Shown here one piece after another: positions 14,280-27,654 of a stretch of 64,000 nucleotides of DNA (its first letter is position 1; each line of letters begins with the position of its first letter). Origin of the DNA: Paraspadella gotoi. Taxonomy: Eukaryota; Animalia; Chaetognatha. The stretch covers positions 6,403,431-6,467,430 of the forward strand of contig CM119266.1 in assembly GCA_051294375.1 (NCBI GenBank), written 5' to 3'. The notes below the pieces were generated by a model. The model did not search any database, was not told the DNA's origin, and saw nothing but the letters and a program-made list of their open reading frames with translations. The position numbers and the translations under genes are program-made.

Positions 14280-17200
14280 ATGGCGTCGAAATCCTCGGCG
14301 GAACTCGACGCGGCGCTGCAGCAACTGGTAGACGCTGCGGCTCCTGCGTCGGCGTCTCCCGCTGCAAAGACGCCGCCTTTTCCGAAGATCGAGGCGCCGC
14401 CGCAGCATCCGAAGCCGAGATCGAGACAGACGTCGACTTCCTCCGATTTTCGGTTGAGAAGCGGAAGCGAAAATATGGGGGATCAGGTGGGGATAAAAGT
14501 AGGTGGGGACTGGGGATAGAAGTGGGATAGAAATGGATAGAATGGGAGGGGAAAGGGATAGAATGGGAAAGGGATAAAATGGGATAGAATAGGTAAGGGG
14601 AAAGGGAATAGATGAAAGGGAAAGGATAGAAGGTCAGGAAGCTAAAATGGGAGGGGAAAGGGATAGAATGGGAGGAAAGGCTTAAATGGGAGGGGAAAGG
14701 GATAGAATGGGAGGGGAAAGGGATAGAATGGGAAAGGGATAAAAATGGAAAGGGATAAAATGGAAGGGAAAAAGGATAGAATGGTAGGGAAAGGGATAGA
14801 ATAGGAAAGGGAAAGGGATATGGGAGGGAAAAGGTAGAATTGAAGGGAAAGGAATAGAATGGGAAGGGAAAAGGATAGAATGGGAAAGGATAAAATGGGA
14901 AGGGAAAAGAGAGATAGAATGGAGGGAAAAGGGATAGAATGGGAGGGCAGAGGGATAGAATGGCACGGGAAAGGCTTAGAATGGGAGGGGAAAGGAATAG
15001 AATGGCAGGGGAAAGCGATAAAATGGGAAAGGGATAGAATGAGTTTTTATTAACTTAAGTGCAAAGGAGAAAAAGAGGAGACAAAAAGGAGTGAAAAGAG
15101 TTATAAGTTTAATTTCAAAAGTTCAAAAGTTCAAATTTTAAAAGTTTAGAAAAATTAAAAAAGAATTAAAGTTAATTAAAAATTAATTAACATTAAAATG
15201 ATAAAAAAGTTTTTGAAAAATAAAACGTTATATGTTCAGTTTTTCGACATCGACGCATCGGAACCCGTGGTGCCACTCAGCGGCAACGGACTGATTCCCT
15301 TGAATCGTCGCCCTGCGCCTCAGGTGAGGTTAAGTTGCCGCCTTAGGTAAGGATAGCGTGCGCAGTAGAGTCATGTGAAAATAATACAATTTTATAAGAT
15401 TACAATTTAGCATATAAAACATAAAAATAAAATTGCAAATTTTTAAATTTTAAAAACGGATTTGGATTCCTTGCAAAAAGTTGATATAAAAGAGTATAAT
15501 TGTTTTTTAAAAATTATTTTATCAAGTTGGTCAAAATTGTAGATTTAAGATGCCGATTTTTAATTTCCAACTTTTTATGAGAAATCTGAATCTTTACTCA
15601 GAATTTTTAAAAAACCATTTTGAAATTTTGACATTATATAAGGGTAGCACTATATACAAAATATGCTGACTGTGCTACAATATACATAAAAAAATAATTA
15701 CAGATTAGTATTCACTATGATAGTTTTTAAGATATAACTGCTAAATTTTGATTCCAAACTTTGACTTCACCCTAGTGTGCAGTCACGAAGACACGAAAAA
15801 GTAATTTCGATTCTATAAAAAATTAAAAGGAAAAAACTTGTCGGAAAGAAATCAGTCATAATTATTTCTTAATGGGACAAAACTGAGCAGGAAAAATGTC
15901 GATCTTCAAAATGATTATGTACAACTCGACACAAAATCGTTTTTTAACTTGAAATAAAAATAGGAAGTCGGATTACGATGAGGAAGAAGACGACGACGAC
16001 GACGACGACATTTCTAAAATCTTCTTTCTCACTATTGCCTTCGTAGGACGTAATACTACATTTGTCTAAATCGAGGGAGAGTTCAACAGATTTAGCTAAA
16101 TTCTCCCTTTTTATTAAACTTTCTGAATTTTTCAACATCACTAAATTAAATTTGTCGTCGCTTAACGCATACTTCTCTCTCACCTCTCTCATACTTCTTT
16201 TATACTTGAATATAACAAAATTTAAAAAACTAAGTGGACTGAACTTGCATTATCGAAAAGTGTTACTCCCGTAATTTGCCCTTTTGTTATTCCTCCAATT
16301 GTTAATTATCCTTTTTTCCAACAGATCGTTATTCCATTTTTTTTCTCCTTCCGTCAGATGGCGCGTTTGACGACGAAGGAGACGGCGTCGCCGATAGGCG
16401 TCCAAAACTATATTCCCGCCAACGAATCTCGAGCGAAGCTGGCGCTCCAAGCGGACGAACGAAACGACGACGACGGCGAACAAAGGAACATCAGAGGCGG
16501 AAGCAGCGACGAGGATGAGGGAATCACAGTTGTGAAACCTTTGACGGCCGGTAGGTGGACAGTGGACACGGATAATGTCGGATATGTGTATCGTTGTATG
16601 GTGTAATTGTGTATGTAATTGCTGTAAATTGTAAACATTTGGTTTGTACTGTACATTTTTTTTTTTATAATTTTGGGGTTTTTATTGTACTTTTCGTCGT
16701 CGTTTCGTTGTCTTTGTCGGTCGTAATCGAATGGTTTTTGTGATAGTTTTCCTTGGCCTTCACTCCTCACTCTTCCTTTCCCCCTCCTTACTTACCCTAT
16801 CCCTCCCCTTCCCACACCCCGGCCACTCCCTCTCCTTGCACCTCCCCTTACTTCCCCCTTCCTCCTTTCCTTCTCTCCCTTCCCATTTGTCCCCCTTCCT
16901 CCCTTCCCTTCTCCCCTTCCCCTTTGTCTCCCCTCCTCCCTCCTCTCCCCCTCTCCCTTCCCTTCTCTCCCCTCCTCCCCCTCCTCCTCCAGTCGACGCC
17001 CGCGTCCGTCTTCCCGAGATCCAAGAGTCGGTCGGTCTGTCCAAGGAGGAGCTCCAACAGTTCGTCGACGACCCAAAGTGGAAGAGGATCAGGCTCGTGC
17101 TCTTCGTCGCCTTTTGGGTCACGTGGTAAGTCTCGGTCCCGAAGCTTCCGAGTTCGAACACTTATTTATTTTCATTTTAAAGATTAATACCATGTACTTC

Positions 17201-20200
17201 TATATTGTTAAATTAAAAGTGAAATCGGATATTTATTTAACATCATTTGTATTTTGCTTGTTAATTTTATATTTATTTTTATTTTTATATCTAAATATTT
17301 TTTGTTTTTGTTTTTGTTTGTTTGTTTAAAATTTTAATTCTAATTTTATTTTATTTTTGTATTATTTTTATGTATCAATTTTTGTTTTTGTTTTATTTTC
17401 GTTTTTGTTTATGTTTTACTTTTTTCTTCTTTTCTAAAAACTCACCTCATTTCAGGCTGGCGATGCTCCTGGCGGCGGCGGTGATTCTAGCGGTCTCACC
17501 CAAATGTCCGCCGACGCCGAAACTCACCTGGTGGCAAAAGACGCCGCTTTATCGGGTCGACGTTGAGACTTACCTCGATTCTGACGGCGACGGCGTCGGC
17601 GACGTCGAGGGTAAGTTCAGGGTCGGGCGTCGTTTGTGGTCGTCGTTGTTGTTGGTTATTGGTTTTTGCTGTTTTTGTTGTTGATTTGTTGTTTTGTTTT
17701 AGTTAGTTTGTTCTTTTTGTTATTGTTTGTAGGTTTGTTGCTTATCGATTGTTTGTTTATTTGTTGTTGGTTGTCGTTTGTTGTTGTTGTTGTTTTTATT
17801 ATTATTTATGTTTTGATAAATTCTTCGGTAATAAGAACTTCATCGTCTAACTTCTTCCTCCAGGTTTGATCACGAAGCTCGATTACATCCGGAGCCTCAA
17901 CATCCACGGCGTCATTTTGGACGGCGTCTTCAAAGCGGCGTCGTCGGAAGCGGATTTTGCGGCGTCATCCGGCGACGCCTTGGACTTCCTCTCCGTGAAC
18001 GAAGCGGTGGGGACGACGGCGTCGGTGGAGCGTCTCTTGAAGGAGACGCAGAAGCGAGGGATGCACGTGGTCGTCGACTTTGACGCGGAGACAACATCAG
18101 TCGATCATCCTTGGTTTAAGGTTCGACGTCGGAAGAGTGTTTTAATCTCATTTGCATATTGTAGTAATTCAATGTATCACTTAAAAATTTAATCATATGC
18201 ATTCACCATGCCTTATACCGTTTAGGGCAGACAATGAGTTTTAGTTTACATTTTATAATTATGGACATTTCTAGCCAACTCAATAAATTAGTTTTGAAAT
18301 GAAGAAAAACTGTATGAAAAATTCGAACCGAGTTTGTTTTCACATGATAATTAAGATGAATTAAACGATAATTGTTATAAACTTGGATACCGACAACGTA
18401 ACGTGATTTAATCCAAGTCTAATTCTCTCCGAATCACCCTGTATCTTCCACGCAGGCGAGTCGCGCCTCCAAATCCGCCTCTGATTTTTATCGCGATTTC
18501 TACGTCTGGTCATCGACGTCCAAACCCGGCGCCGATTGGTCCAAAGACGAGACGCGCGGCGCCTTTTATTCGACGCCGAAAAGCGGCGTAACTCGAGCGG
18601 CGCTCAATCTCCAATCTCCAACCGTTCGTCGCGCCGTCGCCGCTTTTGTCGACGACTGGTCTCGACGCGGCGTTGAAGGATTCTCAGTTCGATTGGGGAG
18701 AATCGACGCCGGTGACGCTGCTAATGACGCCGCCAAATCTTTGGTCGCAGAAATCGACGAAATTCTCGACGAATTTCGAGAAAAAACTCATCGACATCAA
18801 CTGTTGATGTTGAACGGACCGTCGTCGTCGTCGTCGTCGTCATCCTCTCTCGACTTGAACGCCATAGTCTCCTCGGAAGACGCCGACGTCGTCCTCAGCG
18901 ACGCCGTTCTCAGCGCCATAAATTTGAAGTCACCAGATGGCGACGGTTGCGACTCGCGATGTCTGAAGAACGCCATCGACGCGAGACACGTGGCGCCGCT
19001 AGATGGAGGCGACGAACCGAAAACGCCGTGGAAGGCGTATCTGGTGGGCGGACCGGAAGTTGAGCGGTTGGCGTCGCGCGTCCATGCGGAATATTTCAAC
19101 GCTTACGTCTTGATTCTTGGATTGCTGCCGGGTAAGGCCGAAGGCGGCTGAGGCGGCTGCATGTACATTATACAATATACATGACTGTTTTAACTTTCAA
19201 CTATTTGAAATGAGCGAGGTATTGTGCCGTGGGTACCGCAAAGCTCGCTGAATATGTATTTTAAAATATTAATTACATTTCTATACCTGTTTATAAAACT
19301 ACCGCTTTCGCCAAAATTTATAAAATTTATACTCAACCAATGTAAAAATTATTCATTCATTCAATAAACATTAAACAATAAACAATAAACAATAAACAAG
19401 GTTTCTTGCCCTTGACTTTGGTCTAGACCTCCATCCCTTTTACAATACAACAACAGAGCAGAATTGCTATCAAGACTTCAATCAAGACTCTCTCACACTC
19501 CAGTTTATTAACTCTCAGAGTGCTTGGCTTCCCTATCTATGAAGTAATCTAATAGTAATTATTTCTTAAGATGGTTTTATTTGATTTAAAAGGATGACTT
19601 TTATTGTTAATCTCCTAACCTCGTCCTCCAACGACTTCTCTCATCTGTTTCCATTCTCCTATTAAGGAACGCCGGTTCTCTACTACGGCGACGAAGTGGC
19701 GATGAAAGACGGCGTCGGCGGCGTCGTCGCCACGCCCATGCAATGGACGCCGGGAAAGAACGCCGGATTTACGACCTCAAAGTCCGGCGCTTTTCGGGCG
19801 TTGGCGCCGCGATACGAAGAATTTAACGTGGAGGTGAGGTTGGGGGAAAGGTGGTGACAGGGGGAGATTGGTAAGGGTCGGAGGAACGGGTCGGAGATAA
19901 AGGGTTGGTTGAACGGGTCGGAGATAAAGGGTCGGAGAAATGTGTTGGAGATAAAAGGTCGGAGATAAAGTGTTGGAGGAATAGGTTAGAGATAAAGGGT
20001 CGGAGATAAAGGGTCGGAGGAATGGGTTGGAGATAAAAGGTCGGAGATAAAGGGTCGGAGGAATAGGTTAGAGATAAAGGGTCGGAGATAAAGGGTTGGA
20101 GATAAAGAGTCGGTGGAACGGGTCAAAGATAAAGAGTCATAGATAAATACTTTGCCACTTATTGTTTACCCTCGTTATTTTACTAAACGTCATGGATATT

Positions 20201-20685
20201 AATGTAAAAAAAACGAACGAAAAGTTATTTTTTTATTCTTTCAATTATAATATTTAAATTGGTATTTCTAATCAATATTTACCGGATCCCTTCTTTGCAT
20301 CGCAGGTTCAACTTGCTCTTGGCGCCGACCACAAGCAACTTCAAGTCTTCAAGGAGACGATGAACCTTCGTCAACGGGCTTCGATCGCTTGGGGCGCCAT
20401 CTTCGAAAGCTCCGTCGACAATCAGATCTACTCGTACTTGAGACAAGCTGAAGGCTTTCCTGGGTGAGACAAGCAAACTCTCAACTCTCAAAAATCTTGT
20501 TATATTTGTCTTGATGATAGATATCGAGGTTATTTAATATTTATTTATTTATTCATTTTTTTAATAATTTTTAATTGGTTTTTTTTTATCTAATTTAATT
20601 CTTATGAAATTTATTTACTTATTATTTTCATCCTCCTTGCCCTTTTTTCTTTTTTCATTTTATTACTTTTTTAAGGATTTATCAT

Positions 20686-20772
<87 letters not shown>

Positions 20773-21117
20773 TTAATAATTTATTAATTACTAATTTTTA
20801 GTCATTTATGCAATTATTAATCTATTTATTTCACAAAGTTACCCTTTTGTTTTCCCCCACCAAATTTCCTCCGACTAAGCTACCTCGTGGCCGCCAACGT
20901 CGGCAAAGCGCCCTCTCTCATCGACTTCATGAAACCCAGCGTCCGTCTCCCGGCGTCCGGCGTCGTCGTCATGACGACGCGTAACCTGCGTCACGACGAA
21001 TTGGCGCCGGGAACGAAGCTGCGACTGGACAAGGTCTACTTGCGTCCGGGAGAGGGCGTGGTCATTGAGTTGGAAGAGGAGATCGTCATGGACGAGGTCG
21101 TAGTAAACGGACATTGA
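14280..21117 (+). CDS. SLC3A2: SLC3 family amino-acid transporter heavy chain (4F2hc/CD98hc-like; type II TM plus GH13-like ectodomain), ~755 aa
   Basis: Exons 14280-14486, 15240-15323, 16358-16550, 16993-17125, 17456-17610, 17864-18120, 18456-19131, 19667-19833, 20306-20463, 20880-21117. GLSKEEL...W.RIRLVLFVAFWVTWLAMLLAAAVIL..PKC...WWQ is the SLC3A2 N-terminal/TM signature with the light-chain-linking Cys. GH13-like motifs DSDGDGVGD, HPWF, YRDFYVW, LPGTPVLYYGDEV, TPMQW. The first two exons are less certain. Confidence 0.9.
14490..15045. repeat. Purine-rich minisatellite (GGATAGAATGGGAGGGAAA-like) in SLC3 intron 1
   Basis: Degenerate ~20-bp units starting right after the donor site. Confidence 0.85.
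19330..19546 (+). repeat. ~220-bp dispersed repeat family, diverged copy
   Basis: Shares CCCTTGACTTTGG, TCAATCAAGACTCTC and GGCTTCCCTAT..ATGAAGT with the 8829 copy. Confidence 0.7.
19872..20146. repeat. ~14-bp minisatellite (AAAGGGTCGGAGAT) in SLC3 intron 8
   Basis: Direct tandem degenerate units. Confidence 0.85.
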
Positions 21118-22944
21118 CCCGGGGGGGTTGTTGCTGTCATAGTCGTCGGTTGACAAGGATTTGTCAGTATTGTCGGCGATGGCTCTCGAGGGATTGCGTT
21201 ATTTATCGGAACATCCATATTGAATGACAAGAACATTGATTAAGTACAAAAAATCACAGAGAGAACTCACAAACAGACGCTTCTAAGTCTTGAAAAAAAC
21301 ATTGAAAAGAAGAGAGAGAAAAATAATAATAAAATGATTGCATTAAACAATATTTAAAATTTAAAAATATTTAAAATATATCAAAATATCAATAATAAAA
21401 CACTCTGTCTCAATTAGTACATGTACGAGACGAATGTTTATTATTTTTTGTGACGTATTTAATATAGATGTTAAGGTATAAATGATATTGTAGCTTCCAC
21501 AATGGTTGTAAGGGATCACCATTTCAGTCTGTATCTAATGCGCGTACGATGAAGTATCATTAATTTCGTCATCAACAACATTTGAACTGAAACAACTTCT
21601 TTGGGTTGATCTGAGAAAGTTGTTTAAATATTTTGATTTTTGAAGACAAGAATTCATTTGGGAAGGAAACATCTATTTTCTTTTAACGGACCAGAAATCC
21701 AAAGGATCAGCATAATGTTTTTATTTAATTTATTCTTGGTTGAATTTGCTTTTTATGACTTTGCTGTTTACTAATAAATTATTGCTATTTATTTGCCGTC
21801 AATTTGCTTCTCTTTTTGTACCTTAATGAGATAATGAAGGAAAATATAATCCATAAATGGTTTCATATCATTTTGTTCGCTATTTTTATCTCTACCACCT
21901 CCACTCTGATATTCTCATATCATTTAGCTATCTACTGTAGTATCATATATATATAGAAATATATATATATATATATATAATATCATATAGTAATAATATT
22001 TTAAAGAGTAAGCGTTGTTTAATAATGAAATATTAAAATCTTAAAAAGTAAGTGTTGTTTAATAATGAAATATTCAAATCTTAAAAATGTCTTCCTGTCT
22101 AAACTATAACCTCGCTTGTCGTTTCGACCGCCTGAGATCTAAAATTGGAAAATCGAAAATCAAGTTAAAAATGCATGAAGCTCATGGCCAGATAAAGAGA
22201 GAGAGAGAAAGAGAGATAGAGAGAGAGAGAGAAATAGTGAAAGAAAGAGTGTGAGAGTGATAGAGATTGAGATATTAAATTTTAGATATTTCTGAATTGT
22301 AACCAAAACTAAGACCAAAAAATTTTGTGAAGAAAAGAAAAATTATAATCTCAAAATTAAACAGTAAAGAACAGTAACAACATCAGTAACAGGTTTTTAG
22401 ACACCGGGAAATTGTTGGGAAAAGCATAGCAGTAGACAGGAACAGTGAAACAGTTGAGTAAATCTATTGACAAATTTCTTTCCAAAAATAGAGCTTTTTC
22501 TGACAAAAAAGTTAAATTTGATATGAATTCTAGTTAATAACAGTTTGGGTAATTACTTACTAGAGTTTAATTGTGACCGAATTTTAGCCGGATAAGTTTA
22601 ACAAGATCGGTTTCAAGGTTGAAAAGGTAAGTCAAAGGTGAGGAATCAAGGTTTTTATACAATACTTAAATGAGAATTTAAAAAAGTTCCTTCATATATT
22701 AATATATTTCTTTTTGATAATTGACTCCGTTAATCATAATGTTTCTTTATTTATACAAAATGAACATATAAAGTATTATTTAAAATGATTGAGCAAGTCA
22801 AGGCAAAATCATTTTTAGTCATAACGATGACAACCTAAAAAAATAAAATAAATTAATTATTAATTAAGGAAATTAATCACTTTGATTTGATGAGCCCATT
22901 CGACGGGATCCCCTTAAGCAGCAACATCCCCCCCTTTCCCCTTT

Positions 22945-24848
22945 TCAAATTACGATCTTCGGAATGGGCAGGGGTCGATCCTGCCCCATCGGGATCACCC
23001 CTCTTCGCCCCTTTTCCCGCCCGGGCAAGACCCCGTTTCTTCCCCCGGTCAAGAGTCCGCTCACCGCCCAGGGTTCCTCATCTTCCCAAATTTCCTTCCT
23101 CAATTCGAAACTTCGCCGATTCCGTTTCTGCCTGAAGGATCCGGCGCCACCGCCGCCGACGCTGCCCCGCCACGGCCGACGCCGCCGGTGCTTGGAATTG
23201 GCCACGGTGGCCAAACCGGCATCGCCGATCGGGCAAAACGGCGCCGCGGCGTCGCAGCAGAGAACTCCGAGATTGGCGCCGAAACGCTGGACGAGACAAT
23301 AGGTGACGCCGAAAATGACGATGACGACGGTGACGACGCCCATGATGACGACGAGGTGGGCAGAGTCGACGTTGTCGTAGAGGCAATCGGGACCCTGTGG
23401 AGTTGGGGGGTTTGGGGTGGTAGGGGAAGGTGGTTAGATGGTGGTTAGATGGTGGTGGGGTCGTGAGAAAGAGTCAGTCACTCGTCAGTTTGAAGATGGA
23501 TTCGTTTGGTGAAGGGATTATGTAGAAAAATTTAACCACTTCATTGATAGTGAAGCCAGGTACTCTGGGAGTGAATAAACTCGACTGTGATAGACTTGAT
23601 CGAAAGCTTGCAGAGTTATATTTACTTATTATTATTACTATTATGTTATTATCTTGTAAAAGAGACGTAGGCCTTCATGCACCATAGAGACAAAACAGCT
23701 TATTTATTGAATGAATGGATATTTTTTATATTGGTTGTATCATTTTCATAGCCTGACATTGTCACCTGTCCTAAGTCCTGTCCTGTCCTAAGCAAGGAAG
23801 CTCGTATTATGAAATGAAAGATAATACACATTTAATGGTTATAACAACTTCTTACTAATTTAAACAAAAAATATCGGAATAATAAAAAAATAATATAAGA
23901 TAGCTTATTTATTAAATGGATGGATAATTTTTATATTGGTTGTACCAATTTCATAAAAAAAAATGGATATGAGATTAAATTAGAAATGTTAGAAACTGTG
24001 TGCAGACTCGTTGGGTGCATGCGGAGGTGCAGGGGGGTGCAGGCGGAGGTGCTCTCAAGCTTGACGGCCGTGAAGAACGACGTGGAACGGATGCAGGAAT
24101 GCAAGAAGGATGAGTTGTGGGAGGAGGAGGAGGAGGAGGAGGAGGAGGAGAATTTTGACTCCTCATTGGTTAGTCGCTCTTTATTTGTTAAGATTTAGGA
24201 TTATAAAATGAGTCTCTTTATAAATCAGAAAATATTTTGATTGAATATAAATAAACAAGCAGGAAGTAGATAAAGCAAAAAATTAAATTTACTGTAAAGT
24301 CTAACTGACAAAAATGTTATTTATTTCGAATATTTCTTAATTAGGAATTTCAATTAGGAACATCCTTCCGTCAGCTCGCAGCATTTTTCCCTGATTTGCT
24401 GGCTTTAATCGACAAGCCGCCGAGCTCACGACCGGCACGTGGTCTACGCTGTCAGCAACCGGATTTTACCTTGAAGCAACCGTTACTCGCCTTGCAGCAA
24501 CCTTTTCCCTAGCTTACAGCACCTTTCATTAAGCTTGCAGTAGCCAGCACAAAGCTTGTTCAACCCTTTCTTAACTTACAGCACCCTTCACTCACCTTGT
24601 AGCAAACGGCAACTTTATCTCGAATTGAAGCACCCTTGACTTACCTTGCAGCAACCGGCACTTATCTTGCTGCAACCCTTTCTCAACTTGCAGCACCCTT
24701 GACTCACCTTACAGCAACCGGCGCCGGAGCAGGCGTCCTGACCTTGAGCCTTTCCGATGCCAGCGACGCCGCGAGACTCGCAGGGGAGGAAGAGGAGGGG
24801 GAGGAGGAGGAGGAAGAGGGGGAGGAAGAGAAGGGGTTGGGACCACAT
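22945..24848 (-). CDS. Small type-I single-pass membrane protein with a tiny Cys-rich ectodomain, ~196 aa
   Basis: Exon 24848-24708 (signal MWSQPLLFLPLFLLLLPLLFLPCES, then ...QDACSGAGCCK|gtgagt) joins in phase 0 to exon 23394-22945 (ctccacag|GPDCLYDNVDSAHLVVIMGVVTVVIVIFGVTYCLVQR..., TM then basic cytoplasmic tail). An acceptor (tttattccag) sits just before the ATG. Confidence 0.6.
23533..23750 (-). repeat. ~220-bp dispersed repeat family, inverted copy
   Basis: Plus strand reads ACCACTTCATTGATAGTGAAGCCAGGTACTCTGGGAGTGAATAAAC, the reverse complement of the family core. Confidence 0.75.
24450..24725 (-). repeat. Degenerate 21-bp tandem repeat built from exon end plus splice donor (GGTTGCTGCAAG|GTAAGTCAA)
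   Basis: About 12-13 units; translates as GCCKVSQ heptads; several units retain GTRAGT. Confidence 0.75.
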
Positions 24849-27267
24849 GATGCTGGAATAAAGATAAGTTAAGGAAATGTCATCATCTTTCTTCTTTCAT
24901 TTAATTTACACTTTACAGCATGCCTTTTCATTTTATTTAAGTCACAAGGTTTTGTCAGGGATGATTATTTAATATGATCTTAAATTAAATTGAATTTTTC
25001 AATCTCATTTACATATTGTAGTGTTGAACTTAAATTGGTTCACTTCATCTCTATTCACTGACTTTTTTTATTCTTTTATCTGATTATTCTGTCAATCTTT
25101 TGTTTTTCTTTTCTTTTTCTTTTTTTATCTTTCGACGTCAAATTTCATTCGATTTTTATATCACCAAAGAAATATTTTTTTCTTTTTCCAAAACCGAATC
25201 TCATTTTTTTCTTTCCGCTATCTATTTCTGTTTCTATTTTTATTTCTGTCTTTATTACGACTTTTTCTAATTTTATTTCTACTTATTGTTGTATTTCAGT
25301 TTTCTTTTTCCACTTCACTTCCATTTCTACTTCTTTTTCTATTTCTTTTTCTACATCTATGTATTATTTATTTCTACGACAATAACGATCGCTTTCACTT
25401 CACAATGATTTTTCGTGTCATTCTTTCAAATTTCGTTATTCCTTTTTCACATTTTAGGCTAAAGTTTAACCTTTTCACAAGTTTAGATATATTACTTTAA
25501 GCTTAAGCTCGCACAAAACATCCCAACTTTTGTAACATTAAACTCTTTGCATTTAAAACAAACCCTGTCAACCAAAACTTATCCTTCCGCTTCGCTTATT
25601 GTATTTCTTCTCCTCCTCCTCCTCCTCCTCCTCATCCTCCTCCCCCCTCCTTCCACGATGTTTCGAAATCAATTCATGTCTTGCATCTCTGACTCTCTCT
25701 ATCTCTGTCTCTCTCTGACTCTCTCTCATTTGTTTTCGATATTTCTAATCAACTTTCTAACCGACCGAGGAAGGATTGATTCGAGGTATAATTGACTAAA
25801 TCTTTTAATGAACTTGTTACAACCAACATAAAAAATATTCATTCTTTTAATAAATAACCTGTCTACTAGACCTGTCTACCTGTCTACTAGACAGTGTCTA
25901 GGCACTAACTTTGGAGGTCCTTTTAACTAGATGCCAACTTTAAATCAAAATTCTCTCACAGTTGACTTTATTCTCTCCCAAAGTAGCTTATGATTTAATT
26001 ACAATTGTTGCATTTAGTAGTAAGTGATGGTCAATATTTAGTCAGTGACTGACAGAGAAAACTAAGTACTAAACATTCACACTAAGAGCCATGACTCCTA
26101 GAGTCAACCATTAACGCCTTACGACTCTCACAAATTTGAAAGGGTTGCCCCATGACCAATTCCGCAAAGCCCAATCCCCAGAGCCCAATCCTCAATGGTC
26201 AATGCCCAAAGCTCAGAGCCCAAAACTCAATGCCCAAAGACCAATGCATCTTGCTCCAAAAAGAAAATGCTGTTCTTTCTCTTTTTTCTTCTCTCGCTGA
26301 TCATCGAGTTCACAACACCGTGAGCGATACCGACAACGAGGTCATTGACGAAAGCGACAAAAATAACAACGACAAAAACAACTATAAAAACAAGTAAAAC
26401 AATGAATACCGCAATAAAAACAACGAGAACGAATCCAATCACGACAAAAGCAACGAAAAGAAACAACGACAACAACGACGAACGTGATAAAAACAACGAC
26501 AACAACAAAGCCATTCCCGCCAACGACAACGACTTTAGCGAACCTGATGAGGCTTTTAAAGCGAATCTCGTTATTCGCGACTCCAACCACTTTTGACGAA
26601 AGAGGCGCTCTCGTCTCTCTTTCTTCTCTATCGACGTCTTTTGTTCGAATCCAGGTTAACACCGGAGCTTTTTTTCCATTTAGTTTTAGATCTCCTATCT
26701 TTTGGTTCTCTTCTTTTTATTAGGTTCTCCTCTCTTCATTCGGTTCTCTTTTCTTTTGGTTCTCCTATCTTTTGGTTCTTCTATCTTTGGGTTCTCCTTT
26801 CCTTATTTGGTTCTTCTATCTTTTGGTTTTCCTATCTTTTGGTTCTCCACTTTTTATTTGGTTCTCCTCTTTTTATTTACTCGTTATCTTTTTTGGATTC
26901 TCCACTCTTTAATTCTCTGATTCTCATCTGTTTTTTTTCTCTCCTCTTAGACTCTTACTATTCTCCTCTCTTTGTCTTTTCTTTGTTCTCTTCTCTTTTA
27001 CTCCTCTTCTCTTCTCTTTTTTTATCTCACATTCGCGACTGTGCGGCTCACTCTCCTCCAAAAGATATCATGTGTCGCTTCTAATTTCTCCATTAGCTTT
27101 TTCTTTCTTTTTTCTTTTCTTTTTTTAAAATTCTCTTTTTTTCTTTTCTTACTTTTCCTTCTTTTCGCGCCATCGCAGGAGAGAGTTCTCTCTCATTTCA
27201 CTCTCTCGTTTTTTTTTTCATTTTAGACTTCGTTGTCTCTCTCTGTTCTCTCCTCATCATTCTCTTA

Positions 27268-27315
<48 letters not shown>

Positions 27316-27654
27316 CTCTCTCTCTAGCTCCTTAATCTTCTCTCTCAATCAATCTACTACCTCTCGTCTTCTCCCTCTCTCTGCTCTCCACGTGTTCTCT
27401 CCATCCCATCTTTCACGTGTTCTTTTTTTTTTGGTTTCCTCCACGAGCTCGCGTGTGCTGCCATCTATTTTCCCTCACGTGTCCAGTTTTTTTTTCTACT
27501 CTTTTATTCTTTTAATTTAATTCACTTTTTATCGGAAAATGAGATTTGGTTTGAAAATTAGCTGCAAGTCTTCGGCGGAAAAAAGTTGAAAATCCTCATC
27601 ACTAATTAACTAATATATCGTATTTCGTTCTTGTAAATCCGCACGGCCCCAGTA

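Noticed and set aside
23370-23394. GPDC plus TM as the end of an EGF-family ligand
   Set aside because: No upstream exon with six-Cys EGF spacing was found.
23188-23448. Plus-strand Asp-rich ORF
   Set aside because: It is the antisense shadow of the Val/Ile TM codons of the minus-strand exon.
26150-26660. Asn/Asp-rich plus frames and hydrophobic minus ORFs
   Set aside because: AAC-rich low complexity with stops and frameshifts; no coherent model.
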